Shown piece after piece: positions 23,624-36,405 of a stretch of 39,023 nt of DNA. The notes under the pieces are model-generated. The model ran no database searches. It was not told the origin of the DNA and saw nothing but the letters and a program-made list of their open reading frames with translations. This stretch comes from Seison nebaliae. Its lineage: Eukaryota. The position numbers and the translations under genes are program-made. The DNA lies in NCBI GenBank assembly GCA_023231475.1, contig JALJEE010002573.1, positions 1 through 39,023 of the forward strand, written 5' to 3'. How positions within the stretch are numbered: the stretch's first letter is position 1; the number at the start of each line of letters is the position of its first letter.

Positions 23624-25005
23624 ATGCATCAATCGGGAATTCAACGTTCGAATTTTTTTTTAAAGGATTTCCTTCTTAATTCTCTGCTCATTTAGCTGAT
23701 GAGCAACTCCAACAATTTTTGGTGCAATGTAAAGCCAATTCCATTCGTTCCTTCAAAGTCAACATCACCGACAGTTTCATTATTAAATATTCTTCATTCG
23801 AATTGTCGTTTTAGCCGAAATGAAATTGAGTGAAGAACGTCCGATGAAATGTTCGTTCGATGACGATTTCAACGAATGCGTCACGTCAATGATACGGGTG
23901 GGAGAAGGTCCGTGTTACATCTTCTGTCGAATGGACACTGGACAAATGGAGAAGAATTGGCTGTTCATTTCATATATGCCGGAAAAGTCGACAGTTCATA
24001 AAAATTTAAATATTTAAAAAAAAATCGTTTTTTTTTTGAAAATCAGGTGAGAGATAAGATGTTACATGCGTCAAGTAAAGCGACATTAAAGAAAGCATTC
24101 GGACTCAGTCTAATTAATGAGGAATTGAACATTGATAAGAAAGTTTCCATCAATTCTCATCATCATTAATTATCATCGATTATCGATTATGGATAATTTA
24201 GTCAGAATTAACATTAGCTGCTTATAAGAAACATTTACAATCGAAGAATGAACCACGTCCATTGACGGAACGAGAACAACAATTGAATAATATAAATCAC
24301 TCAATTTACAATTGTGGAATGACGGCGAAACGACAGACAATGCAACCGTTAAAATTCCCTTTATCATCCTCCGCCTCCCTTGCCATCGACGACTACAGGA
24401 ATGAGACGGTGAATTATGTGGAATTTGTTCCTTCTTTTTTTCCTGCATCAAAATCATCATTTTATTCAGGAGATCAATATCGAGAAGGAAGTTATCGAAT
24501 TGATTAGGAAGGAGAAGATCGATCCCCATCAAATTCCTGAACATTTACCCGACGATTCTGCTCGATATGTTCTCGTTCGATTTTATCATATTCACGAGAA
24601 ACAAATGCAAAATGCATCCAGTTTCCCATTTCATTCATTCCCTTCCATTTCCTCAATTCTTCCAGTTTTCCTCTATTATATGCCCGGCTACAATTGTCCG
24701 GTGAAACAACGAATGTTATACTCGAGTTGTAAGACGTCCGTCATCGATTATATTCAATCGAAGAATGTTCAAATTGATAGAAAAGTTTCCAATTTAAATA
24801 ATTCAAATTAAATTCAAATTAAATTCAAATTAAATTCAAATTTTCTTTTTCGTATTAGATGGAAGTTAGTGATAAATCGGAATTGACGGCCGACATGTTA
24901 TACAGCGACCTCCATCCACCATCCGAACAAAGTCAACATCCTTCACTTCAAATCCGACGTCCCCAACTCCCAACCATGAATAACAACCGTCGACGACGAG
25001 TTTAA
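23624..25005 (+). CDS. TWF: Twinfilin (two ADF-H domains), 338 aa, 8 exons
   Basis: Exons 23624-23645, 23696-23773, 23815-23993, 24047-24142, 24202-24426, 24470-24620, 24666-24784, 24859-25005. Spliced protein has MHQSGIQ, PCYIFCRMD, WLFISYMP, VRDKMLHASSKATLKKAFG, PLTERE, DSARY, YYMPGYNCPVKQRMLYSSCK, ELTADMLYSDLHP. Confidence 0.96.
24800..24842. repeat. About 4 copies of 11-bp AATTCAAATTA in twinfilin intron 7
   Basis: Direct tandem copies; they explain why this intron (74 nt) is the longest in the gene. Confidence 0.9.
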
Positions 25006-25656
25006 CATCATCCTCTTTCCCCTCGAACACAGTGGAGAAATGTTCCAGTTGTTGTCTGGAACTCTCTTTCTTTTTTACACATAAAATTCGATTATTCTTG
25101 TGCCTAAACAAAAGATCCATTCTCTTCATCTTCTTCTTTTTCTTCATCTTCTTCTTATCATCGAAATCGCTAGAATTTCTTTCTCTCATATATGATTTTA
25201 ACGAGAAAACATTCAATTCTTTATTCAAATGAAATTTTCTCTAGAACCATTTTTTTTCCGTAATTTTCCAAAAATAATTTAATTTCAAATAATTAATTTT
25301 TTTTCTTTCAAAAAAAAATCATCAACATCAAAATTTCTTTATTTACGAAGAAGAGACGAAGTTTTTATAGTATTATGGAAGAGTTTGATGAAGAAATCGA
25401 TTTTTATTATTATTCAATTGATTACAGAGTAATAAGTAAACGATGGAACGAAAATGGATGATGTTTTGAAGGAGAAACAGATAAACAATAATAATAATAA
25501 CAAATAAATAATAAACATCAGGTACTATTATAATGAATGACTAGAAAGTGTAAATATGTTGACCGAATTGAATAGAGATAAAATTTTCGAATGAAATTCA
25601 TCTCAAATTTTTTTCTCGAATTTCCAACAGAAATTTTCTTCTCATCTGCTCGATAT

Positions 25657-28600
25657 CTAGTGAGTGGTTGTGGCGTGTTTGAGGAAGAGTGGTGAACGTT
25701 CGTGAATCTCCTCAACGAAATCATTTCCGTAAACATTACATGTGGAGAGAATGACGGTTTCAACTGATTGATTTTTCTGAAAAAATTAAAAATAAAATTT
25801 TAAAAATAATTTAAAATATTTGAACCAATTTGGCATAAACGAATATTTGTTCGTCAAATAATGTGCATCCATAGAAACTGTAGGAATTGTCTTCGTTACT
25901 CATAACTGGAAGAAGGAATTGGATAGAGAGGAGGAAATAAATCGAACTGGTTAATTGGAGTAGTTGATGGAAGAAATGTTGAGTGAAGAGACTAAAAAAG
26001 AAATTCTCATTAAATCGTTCCGATTGGAGTTGAATAGTCGTGGAATATTCTAATTCATTCCCCACTACTCTCTCATTGAACGTTTCACTATAGATGGAAA
26101 TAAAATGAGAAAAAAAAATGGAAAATGAGAAATGAAAAACTTATCAATAAATTTGGATTGATCGATATACATCGATGGAAAGAAAATGATTGATGATTCG
26201 ATCTGAATTGATTTGGTCACCTAAAAAAATAAAATGAGATGAAAAAAAATAAAAATTAAAATAAACATCCAATTCGAGACAATAAGATATGATGAAATTA
26301 ATACTTTGTTTTCTCAAATATTCGAGTGAGGAACATTTGAGGAGAATATCAATTGTACAATTATCGTTTAATTGTAATGATTCATAATTGAATTGTTCAG
26401 TCATCTAAATAAATAAATTAAAAATAATTTTTTAAGTTATTTAAATTAAGTTTTAACTAATTGATATGGAGATGAATCCAAATTGGATAATTGACGACGA
26501 ATGGCATAAATACGGAAAGTGGAATCGAGTTCTAAATGGAATCGATTCAATAACAATTCTTTCCGTTGCCAATGAAGATGGATTTTCAATCCATATTTCG
26601 TTCCTTTTACATTTCCACATTTTCCCTCAATCACCACATCCGATGTCGATTGAACATCGAACAATAATTGAATTGTCTCATTCTCTTCCAATCTTCTCAA
26701 TTCCTCCAATATTGTTCGAAATTGTTCGATCATCTCTTCTCTCGTCAATGGAATAATATGAAGAGGAGATGATGTGACGTTTAAATCCATTTCTTCCTCT
26801 TTTATTGTTTCTTCCATTTTTTCACATTTCTTCTTTTTCTTCTTCTTCTTTTCTTCATTTAATTTCTTCTTCTTTTTCTTCGTCTTCTTTTTCAATTTCT
26901 CTTCTTCATTCATTCCATTCATTACATCAGATATCGATCGAGGCATTTGAGACATGTCAATTATATCATCATTCTGATCAATATGATTAATCCATTCTTG
27001 AATGGGATTATCAGTCATCTCTTTTTTCTCATCGATTAATTCGTCTTTCTTCTCATCAATTTCACCACGACTACGACAATTACTGTGATTTGATGGCGAT
27101 GTTAAAATGAGATAATCTTGCCGTTTCTTCTCTTCATTATTATTATCTTCTATTAATAAATTTAAATTTTTTTTTTTTTCATTCTTTTTTTTCTTCTTCT
27201 TCTTCTTCTTTTTCATTCCATTATCATTATTGACGAATGTGGATGTTGGAGTTCGATCGATCTCTTTCTCCGATTCCTTCTTGTTAAATTCACTCAAATC
27301 GATTTTTGCCAATGCACGATGTGGATTATATTTACCATGACGATTAATCTCATCACTATCTGAATCGTTATTAATTTCATTTATATTCTTCTCCAAATCG
27401 AATCCTTCCGGCATCTCCTCCTCAGCAATCACTGGCGTTGATGGAACGTTCTCCTCATTAATTATCGCTGATATCGATTCCTGTTTCTCCTGAAAAAAAA
27501 TTAATATTAAAAAAATTGATGGAAATAAAAAAAAACTTCGTTTGATGATTTTTTTTTTGATTTCTCTTTTTTTTTCTTTCGTTTTTTCTCCGATAATTTT
27601 TTTTGAATAAATTCATTCTCTCGATCAATCCGCTCCGATCTCAAATAAACATCTGATGATGTTATTCCAATTGAGGACATGAGAGTGTGTTGTTGATCGC
27701 CATTTGTATTCAATTGAGATGAATTGACATTTTCACCACCAACACCACCACCACCACTACCTCCAATGATGGATGAAAGGAAAATGGAGGATGTAGCCGT
27801 TTCCTCTTTTTTCATCGACGCTATCGATGTTTGAATTGATGACGGTTTTGGTTCAATGGATGAAGTTCGTTCTATCGAATTATTTGAAATTATCGATCGC
27901 TTTTCATTGGTTTTTTTAGTTGGAGGGGATTTGATGTAGAATGGATTATTTTCGATGACTAATTGACGCATTTGTTTCCGTCGTTCTAATTCTTCGGGAG
28001 AAATGTGAATTTTCTCCTTTTCCATTTCCTGCATGACGGTATTGGATGATGAAGGCTTATGACCGAAGAAACTCGTTTGACCTGTCAAATTCGCATCGAG
28101 GAAATCATTTTTCGCTTCAACAAAATAATCGTCGATGGATATCTCTTTTTCCATCGTCTCTTTCAACGGTTCGTCAATCCATTCGTCGAGATCGATACCG
28201 TTTGGAATTGGGACTTTCTTTTGCGCTTTACTCGCCACCGGATTCAACGGTGATTCGAAAAGATATTTTAATTCATTCAACAACTCTTGTAACATTTCGT
28301 CAATATTATTTATTTTTTTTGAATTTTCTTCATTTTCAATTCCATTCGAATTATCATTAATTATTGATGAGGTAACGGTTTGATTTGGTGATGAATCATT
28401 ATCAATTAATTTCGTCCATCGTTTCAAGAGGACTTGAATGATTTTATCATAAGTATAAGCACGTTCCTGAATTTGAAGATGATCATGTTGTTCATATGAT
28501 TGGAAGAAATGTTGAACGTCTCTTAATAATTTCAATTTTTCATCGAACGATAATTTGACTGATTGACATTCTTCATTTATCAAATATCCAAGTATTTTTA

Positions 28601-30413
28601 ATGTTGAATGAATGGAAATATAAATAGCTTTATCTGATAATGACAAATTTCGAATTCTCATCAAACTTTCCAACACACTAACACCATCAATCAGGTATTG
28701 ACAATACTCACCACAAATCCAAGCGGCCGCCGATAAAATCTCTTTACATGAACTTTGTCTTTGTGTGGACATTCCCGTTTTAACTTTCATGGAAAATAAC
28801 GACGACGAATTGGACGGTGAACGATTAATTTTCTGTTGTTGTTGATGTTGTTGGTCGTCATGATCGGAATTTGTATCAGTTGAATTTGGATCGATATCGA
28901 CAATAAGATGCATATTGAGTAGAAGTAACGCCATTTGTTGAACGGCGAATTGTCGAACACTTTGAACACGAACACAAACATTTAGTAATTGATCGGCAAA
29001 TAAATCGGAATGAGAATAATGACGAGAACCGAATTGGGAAATATTTGACATCTTTGTCAAATCACTCGATACCTGATCGATGAATGATGATGGTATTGTT
29101 CCCGAATCTAATTCGATCAATTCTAAAATGATACTAATATACCATTCGAAATTCTTCACATTCTTATAATTATTAGCGGAACATAAATTGATGATTTTCA
29201 CGATGATTTCATGACGGAAAAATGGTGTTGCTTTCGAATAAACATTCAACATGAGACATTTCGTTATTTCCATCAAACCGATCTGATCGACGAGATCGGC
29301 GAAAATGTCCAATGCTCTCAATCGAATCGATTCATCGTTATCTTGAAGACATTTGATGATAATTGAACGACGTGAACTGAGACTTTGTGGATAACTTTTC
29401 ATAATTCTACTTAATGCTAATAATCCCAAATATTTCAAATTTTGATCACTATCTTGAACGAGTACTAACAATTTCTGAACACATAATTGTATCGCTGGTT
29501 CTGGTGAGGCCAAATCATTGGATAACGATAATAGAACGGCAATTACCGTATTAACACATTCGTACAATAATGACATAGCTGATGTACTTTGAATGATGGA
29601 AGTGAGTGGTTCGATCAATTTCTTTCCCAAACGAGGTTCGAGTGGTGTGAGAACTCCGAACAATTTGATAATTTTAATCAACATCCAATTATTGGAACTG
29701 GTGCCCATCAATCGAAAGAAGGTGGGTGCTAACGGTAAATAATTATTTGGATTCTTTCTTGCTAATTCACAAATAACATGTACCGTTGCTGCTTGAACTC
29801 CTTGATCCGTATCATCTAAACGTTCTTTCAATCGACCGAATGTCGTTTTTAACGCTTCCGGATATCGGAGGAAAACACCGTACATAGTGAGAACGGCCTT
29901 CTTCCTTAAATACGCTTTCGACGACGACATAAGAGTGGTGAGATCGTTGAGGAGATCATGAGCGATATTCTCGTCCATAAAACATGAGACACCAGATAAA
30001 GCAACACTACAATCATAAATGTTTCGACTACAAATATCTTTCTTCAATTGATTAGTAGTGAGGAGGAGGACGTCAGTGTCTGAACGGAATGTCTGTGACG
30101 CTGCCATATATCCGATACGTTTATAAATGAATTTAGAGGAACTCATCACTTCGATGATATTGAACGCTGCCCAACTAATGTCGTAACCTAACATCTGAAT
30201 ATACACCAATTTATTAATGGCGTTCGCTTTCACACTCATCTCGTTTATCTTCAATTCACTTTTTATCTCTTCCACACATTGCATGATGTAATTACTCTCG
30301 TCGTCCTTATGGTTACGGATGCCACGTACGAGATCGAGGAGACTCTTGTCAAACACTCGATCTAACGTGTGTTTAGCTTTCCGCAAACGCTCACTCACTT
30401 CCATTGCTGCCAT
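25657..30413 (-). CDS. AP3D1: AP-3 complex subunit delta, about 1502 aa, 6 exons
   Basis: FDKSLLDLVRGIRNHK, QMLGYDISWAAFNIIEVMSS, NNWMLIKIIKLFGVLTPLEPRLGKKL, DSDQNLKYLGL, LNPVASKAQKKVPIPNGIDLDEWI, EEMPEG, PHRAL. Exons 30413-27537, 27489-26458, 26404-26267, 26220-26141, 26087-25826, 25776-25657 total 4509 nt in frame. The 3' exons are less certain. Confidence 0.95.
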
Positions 30414-31069
30414 ACTCGATGTCTATCAGTGCAATGGATCGACTGATGCTGCACACTCACGTCTTCAAATAAATCAATCAAAATATTTCATGAAAATAAA
30501 AAAAAAATAATAATATAAATAAATCATTAAATTTGAGATCGGGGTTATTAAATAGTTTATTTGAATTTGCCTTTATGAAATTATCTCATTAAAAACTCTA
30601 GCAAACAATTAGAAGAAGAATAAGAAGAAGAAGAAGAAGAATAATTAGAATAATAATTTGAAATGATGGAAAAAAATTCCTTTTCCTATCAATTCGTCTT
30701 TTTCTCTTGTTGGAATTTATTCTTATTTTTTTTTGTCTCTGACATATACCCTTATCAATTATTTACTATTATTGCTCCAACATCCACTGTTGTTGTTGGC
30801 TCGTTCGAATGAGACGAAGTGTTCAACCAATACTCATCCTTCACTTCTTCCATCTTAATTCAACTTTATTTTATTATTCACATCAAATTATGTAATAAAT
30901 CCGATCCTCTTCATATTTTCCTCACCGCCTACTTACTTCAACTCACATGCATCAGCACACGCAACCATACGTCAAACATTTATATGTTCAGTTTGGTTGA
31001 AGTGTCCTGTTAGTGTCCTCCACACTCTCCTACTCTATCTGTGAGTTTGTGTGTTTTTCTGTGTTTTTG

Positions 31070-31093
31070 TGTGTGTGTGTGTGTGTGTGTGTG
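31070..31093. repeat. (GT)n microsatellite
   Basis: Directly visible. Confidence 0.9.
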
Positions 31094-31969
31094 AATGTGT
31101 ATCGAACTAACAATTATCTAAACTTCTCCCATCTTCTAAAAAAAATTCAAAAACTAGTATTAAGTTATGCAACTTTTCTCACAATCAACTTCGTCCCCCT
31201 TTTCTTAGTTCAACTAACTAACGTATATGAACATTCATGTACATAAAAAACGAACTACCAATCATAACAAGCACATATCAATACACACATTCACACACAC
31301 AAACACACTAATAATTGCACAATTCTTCACATTGACGTACATTAGCAAATAGATGAATATCTAACTTCTTTCCTGTCAAGATGAGAGAAGTCGACATTTC
31401 CGAACAGAACATCAACTGTTAAATGATTATTTATAAGACTCGTGAATGAATAGTTATCATCGGTTGATTATTTAATTCCAACGATTCTTAACGAATATGA
31501 TCATGTCCCGTATAACTGTTCTTATCACGGTTCATCGGTCGTATGAAACTGAAATTTAGCAGGTGATATTGTATTGTTTATAATAAGTAGCGAATGAAAG
31601 ACATTTATTTTGAAAATTTGTTTCATTTCGAAGAATAACATCCGTCTGCGTAATTAACATGTGCCAATTAGAAATTTGACATTTTTTAAGCGAGAAATTA
31701 TTTCAAATTTATCTTCTTTATTCATTCACTTTGCCAGTTAGTCAATCAATCAGTTAATTAGTTAGAAGAAATCTCAAATCATCTCAATTCATTTCAAGAT
31801 TTGGCGACCTTAATCCCCATTTTTCAGATGTCGTCATTGATGAGTAAAATAACGAAAAGAAAATCATTAGAAATATATTATTGAATGATGTAATTTGAAT
31901 TTGGAGAAGAAGAAAATAATAAATAATGTTTTATAATAAATTAATTTACTTCATGTAATTGTGTGATGT

Positions 31970-32001
31970 TTATATATATATATATATATATAAATATATA
32001 T
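31970..32001. repeat. (TA)n microsatellite
   Basis: Directly visible. Confidence 0.9.
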
Positions 32002-32581
32002 CAATTTAATTCGTTACCTGTTGATGGTTTCATTATTTCTCTATTTATTCTTCTGATGGAAAATAGATGATATTGAAAGATCTCATCAAACACTTTTACT
32101 GCCAAAACGGGAAGAGATGTTTTAAATATGATTGTAAGTGAAGGAGAAGTGAATAAAGTGTTTGTCTAACGAGTTTGTACAATTTGGACATTAGGCGAGA
32201 GGAAGGAAGAAATAAAATGAATATTTTTAAAAGAAAAGAATTATCTGCGACTAACTGGTGTCTGACAAAGGTTCGATCTTCAGCTAAACACCATATTCAA
32301 CAACTACTAGTGAGTTGAGGGTAAAGAGAAAATTTTCACTTCAGTTTCTTTTCTCATTTTTGATTTCATTTTAATTTCATTATATAACTCGATATTTGAC
32401 AACAATTCTCTAATTTCCCGCCTAATTCACGAGCAGTTTATTCCTCTCAATTTCAGTTTATCTTCATCATCATCGGAAACGTCTCTTATTGTTGTTGGTG
32501 AATGAAAGCGAAATAATTTTATGGAAATAAAATTTACTCGAAATTTAATTTAAATCCATCAGAAACACCCAATAAACCATC

Positions 32582-35500
32582 ATGAAATGTTGGACGAGTG
32601 AAAGTCTCTTGAAATTATCCCTCTCACTTCTCATGATGATGGTGATGGTTTGTTGTGATAATGATCATTTGACCGTCAACCAGATCTTGGAGAGAGGTTA
32701 TATTCATTCGAGGAATAATACGAAATTTCATGATAATTTACTTCGATCTTATGAGAATTTAATTGTTATTTATAAAATCGGTAAAACGGATATTGGCCGT
32801 GATATATTCGGATATGCCATCGGATTTGATGTTACTGAAAGAATCGAAGCGGTTGAACCGTACGGTTTCCGAATAAAATCCATCAACACTCATAAGGAAC
32901 AATTCAATCAATTGTTTCAGGTTGCCATGACGATGGATTTCTTCACAGGCCAAATCTTCACTTCGTTGATGCTCTACAGTTTTATGGTGGATCTGATGAA
33001 TCAATTGAAGATGAAGAGAAGTGAAATCATTCGTCGCGGTCTCATCATTCACATCGTACCCAATCATAGCATCGATCAATTGGAGCATGAATTTGTCACA
33101 AATAAGTGTCCAGTGAACATGCCGCAAAATAATCCATTAACGGGAACGAACATCACTCGAAATATGTTGCCGAGAAAGAAGTTTCTAACCAACAAAAATA
33201 TCAGTGACATAGTAAAGACGTTCGGAATGAAACGGAATGAGAAAATTGCCGTCGTTCAATGGCTTATCTCGTACGATTGGGATTTGTTCTTTTCCATCAA
33301 TTCTCATAAAAACGGTATTTATCTTCCGACGAATATGAATGAAATTAATTCGAAAAGAAAACAAATTTATGATGTGATCAATAAAGAGTTGTTAAAATCC
33401 GTTTCATCAACCAAATGTCAATGGAGAGTGTATAATGATGAATTCGTCGATTTTATGAGTAACTATACTGACACTTATTCATTTCAATTAGGAATCGATT
33501 GTTGTCCAACTATAAACCGATCAACATTCTTCGATAAATGGACGTCGAACGTCCGTCCATTATTTTATCGTTTACTCAATTTGAAATTACCTGGAATTTC
33601 GGGATATATTCTATCCAGAGATTATACCGGTGTCTCGTCCATCGGTCAAACGGAATTAGTGGACAGTAAACTAAAAATAACGGACGGAACTGTCACCAAT
33701 GAATTCCGTACGAAATTTAACGGTTATTTCATGATCAGTTGGCCGAATACGTCGACAAGTATAAAAGTCGTTCCAATCCATCCGAAATTCCATGCGACTC
33801 CATTGACCATTAAATTACGTCCCAATAATTACATGTTCAACATTTCCATGTACGAGGACGGAACATATCCGACAAATATCGATCCGTTAATTGTGACGGA
33901 TACCAAACCGAAATTACAACCATTAATCGATATTTTAGGAGAGATATCGTTCGACACTCGAATGTTTCTCAAGAAATTGTTAAAAGAAAATAATTATCGA
34001 ATAAATACAACAAATCATGAGAATATGGTGAAATATTTGAAGAAAGTGAACGATCAATATCCTCATATCACTTCACTTTATTCCATCGGTCAGAGTGTGC
34101 AGAAGAGGGAATTGTACGTGTTAATTGTGAGTAAAGAACCGGAGAAACATATTTTAAAGAAACCCGAATTTAAATATATCGCTAATATGCATGGCGATGA
34201 GATCGTAGGACGAGAGTCACTTTTGGATCTCATCGACATTCTCGTCTCCAATTACGAGACGTCGAACGAGATACGAGATTTGGTAGACAATGTTCGCATT
34301 CACATTATGCCATCGATGAATCCTGACGGTCATGAATTACATCAACGAGAGAATGCGAATCATGTGGATTTAAATCGAAATTTTCCTGATTATCATTTCG
34401 ATTTACAGAAGAAATCACAACCGACAATGGAACCGGAAGTCAATCATGTCATTGATTGGTTGAAAAGAGTACCCTTCGTCTTGTCTGCCAATTTACATGG
34501 AGGCGCTTTAGTGGCCAATTATCCATTTGATGCTTATGATGAGAATCATAACAATAAGTCGCCAGATGATGATTTATTCCAAGAGTTAGCAAGTAGTTAT
34601 TCACGAATGATGAGTGAAATGTACAAAGGAGATAAATGTCCTAATGAATATTTCAAGGGAGGAATTACTAACGGTGCCAAATGGTACCAGTTGTTTGGTG
34701 GTATGCAAGATTATAATTATTTCAATACAGATTGTCTCGAACTCACCATCGAAATGAGTTGTATCAAATGGCCGAATTTGAATCGATTGACAACTCTCGT
34801 ACAGGAACAGAGATTATCTCTCATCAGTTTTATGACGAAAGTTTTTGGAGGAATCAAAGGAACCGTTCGAGATAAGAACACCAATTCTTTCATCACCAAT
34901 GCCACCATATCAATCGATGGTAACGATCATGTCGTCCATAGTACGGTGTATGGCGATTTCTTCCGCTTGTTACCATCGACAGAAGAGGAAATTGTTATTA
35001 CATGCTCCCATCCTAATTACATTCCCATTTCCGTCAAACTTCGACCACATAAAACATATGCGAAAGTCATTCAATTTAAACTTATTCCCATCGTGAATAA
35101 TATGACGATGAATAATCATTTCACTAAATACCATCAATGGCAACAATTATCACCACCGTTGTGGCTCATCGTTCTCATTCTAATGTTCCTCCTCATCGTC
35201 TTGTCAACGACTATGTTGAAATTAGTTCATCGTAATCGCAATCTTCCTCAAACCACTAATTGTCTCAATTCATGTTGTTGTTGGTGTTGTTTGTGGAAGT
35301 GGCGTAAATCGAACGAGGACAATCCATATCAGAAAGTTAAATATGAAAAATTGGGAACGGGAGTCATTATCGATCACAATCATGACAACGATATGGTAGA
35401 GAGTAGTGACAACGAAGAGAGAAATGAAGAAAACATGTCCAATACCATCCAAGAATCGTTCAAGAACCATCTGAATAAGTTCAAGAAGAAATATTACGGG

Positions 35501-35611
35501 AAGAAGAAGAATGTTGGAAATGGATTGGATCCATACCAAAATATTTCGAGTTCGCGCTTAAGCTCACACGGCTCATCGGATGATGAGGAAACTCAAATTT
35601 TTGTTCGTTAA
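32582..35611 (+). CDS. CPD: Carboxypeptidase D-like M14B metallocarboxypeptidase, type I membrane protein, 1009 aa, single exon
   Basis: Signal peptide; a degenerate first CP domain; an intact second domain (PEFKYIANMHGDE, MPSMNPDG, RENANHVDLNRNFP, LSANLHGG, GGITNGAKWY, GGMQDYNY, ELTIEMSC, GIKGTV, GDFFRLL); TM WLIVLILMFLLIVL; Cys cluster; YQKV/YEKL motifs and an acidic tail. Confidence 0.9.
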   Translation: MKCWTSESLLKLSLSLLMMMVMVCCDNDHLTVNQILERGYIHSRNNTKFHDNLLRSYENLIVIYKIGKTDIGRDIFGYAIGFDVTERIEAVEPYGFRIKSINTHKEQFNQLFQVAMTMDFFTGQIFTSLMLYSFMVDLMNQLKMKRSEIIRRGLIIHIVPNHSIDQLEHEFVTNKCPVNMPQNNPLTGTNITRNMLPRKKFLTNKNISDIVKTFGMKRNEKIAVVQWLISYDWDLFFSINSHKNGIYLPTNMNEINSKRKQIYDVINKELLKSVSSTKCQWRVYNDEFVDFMSNYTDTYSFQLGIDCCPTINRSTFFDKWTSNVRPLFYRLLNLKLPGISGYILSRDYTGVSSIGQTELVDSKLKITDGTVTNEFRTKFNGYFMISWPNTSTSIKVVPIHPKFHATPLTIKLRPNNYMFNISMYEDGTYPTNIDPLIVTDTKPKLQPLIDILGEISFDTRMFLKKLLKENNYRINTTNHENMVKYLKKVNDQYPHITSLYSIGQSVQKRELYVLIVSKEPEKHILKKPEFKYIANMHGDEIVGRESLLDLIDILVSNYETSNEIRDLVDNVRIHIMPSMNPDGHELHQRENANHVDLNRNFPDYHFDLQKKSQPTMEPEVNHVIDWLKRVPFVLSANLHGGALVANYPFDAYDENHNNKSPDDDLFQELASSYSRMMSEMYKGDKCPNEYFKGGITNGAKWYQLFGGMQDYNYFNTDCLELTIEMSCIKWPNLNRLTTLVQEQRLSLISFMTKVFGGIKGTVRDKNTNSFITNATISIDGNDHVVHSTVYGDFFRLLPSTEEEIVITCSHPNYIPISVKLRPHKTYAKVIQFKLIPIVNNMTMNNHFTKYHQWQQLSPPLWLIVLILMFLLIVLSTTMLKLVHRNRNLPQTTNCLNSCCCWCCLWKWRKSNEDNPYQKVKYEKLGTGVIIDHNHDNDMVESSDNEERNEENMSNTIQESFKNHLNKFKKKYYGKKKNVGNGLDPYQNISSSRLSSHGSSDDEETQIFVR

Positions 35612-36405
35612 CCAAACAAATGATTTATGACAAATTATTTCCATTATATTTTCAAATGTCCAGTAATAATACGAATCATCACCACCATCATCATCATCAT
35701 GTTGACGTAATTTTCAAATCTTTGTCATTCTTCTCCTTCAGTCCGAAACGACCACTATTGGCCATTGGAAATAGCTGATTGTGAGTTGGATTGGGGCGAA
35801 GGTAAATGTGAAAAATATCATTCTCAAAATAATTCTTTCGAATAATTCAAAATAATTTAAACTCTCCATCATTGTTTACTCATCTGTCATGTCTTTCTCT
35901 TTTCAACCTTCTCCGTCTTCGAAAGAACGATTCGTTAAACAAACATATTTGACGGAGGGAAGATTCAAAAAAAAAATTTCTTATTTCATGAAGAAGAAAC
36001 CTGAAAATGAAATATTAATTTTTTTGTCGATTTGGATTCAATTAAATTGAGCAACGATTCCTTCAAAGAGTATATGCAAAATTATTTTCTCGTCAATCCA
36101 ATTCATTTTTTCCCCAATTTTTTTCCTCGATTTTTTCCTGAATACTCTTCACATTTCCATCGCTTCGAAGATTGAATGATAAAGTACTTTTCTTTCATCA
36201 CATATATACATTTGTTAAATCAAATTTCATTTACATTCCTTTTCTCATAATTTCTTTTATTATCATCATTATCATCGAGAAATAAATACGAATAAAACTA
36301 TATTCTTTCCCTAACTATTCGACGATGTGTGACGGAAAGTTTTTCGGAAAAACTTGTCCCGAGAACATCTGAGAGAGAGAAAGAGAAAGAGAGAGAGACA
36401 TCAGG

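Noticed and set aside
26780..27620. Poly-Lys tracts in the AP3D hinge as a novel domain
   Set aside because: AP-3 delta hinges are normally Lys-rich and low complexity; the expansion fits A-rich slippage.
32257..32294. tRNA or B-box-like GGTTCGATC within a TGGTGT..ACACCA hairpin
   Set aside because: Too short, with no D arm, anticodon arm or A box.
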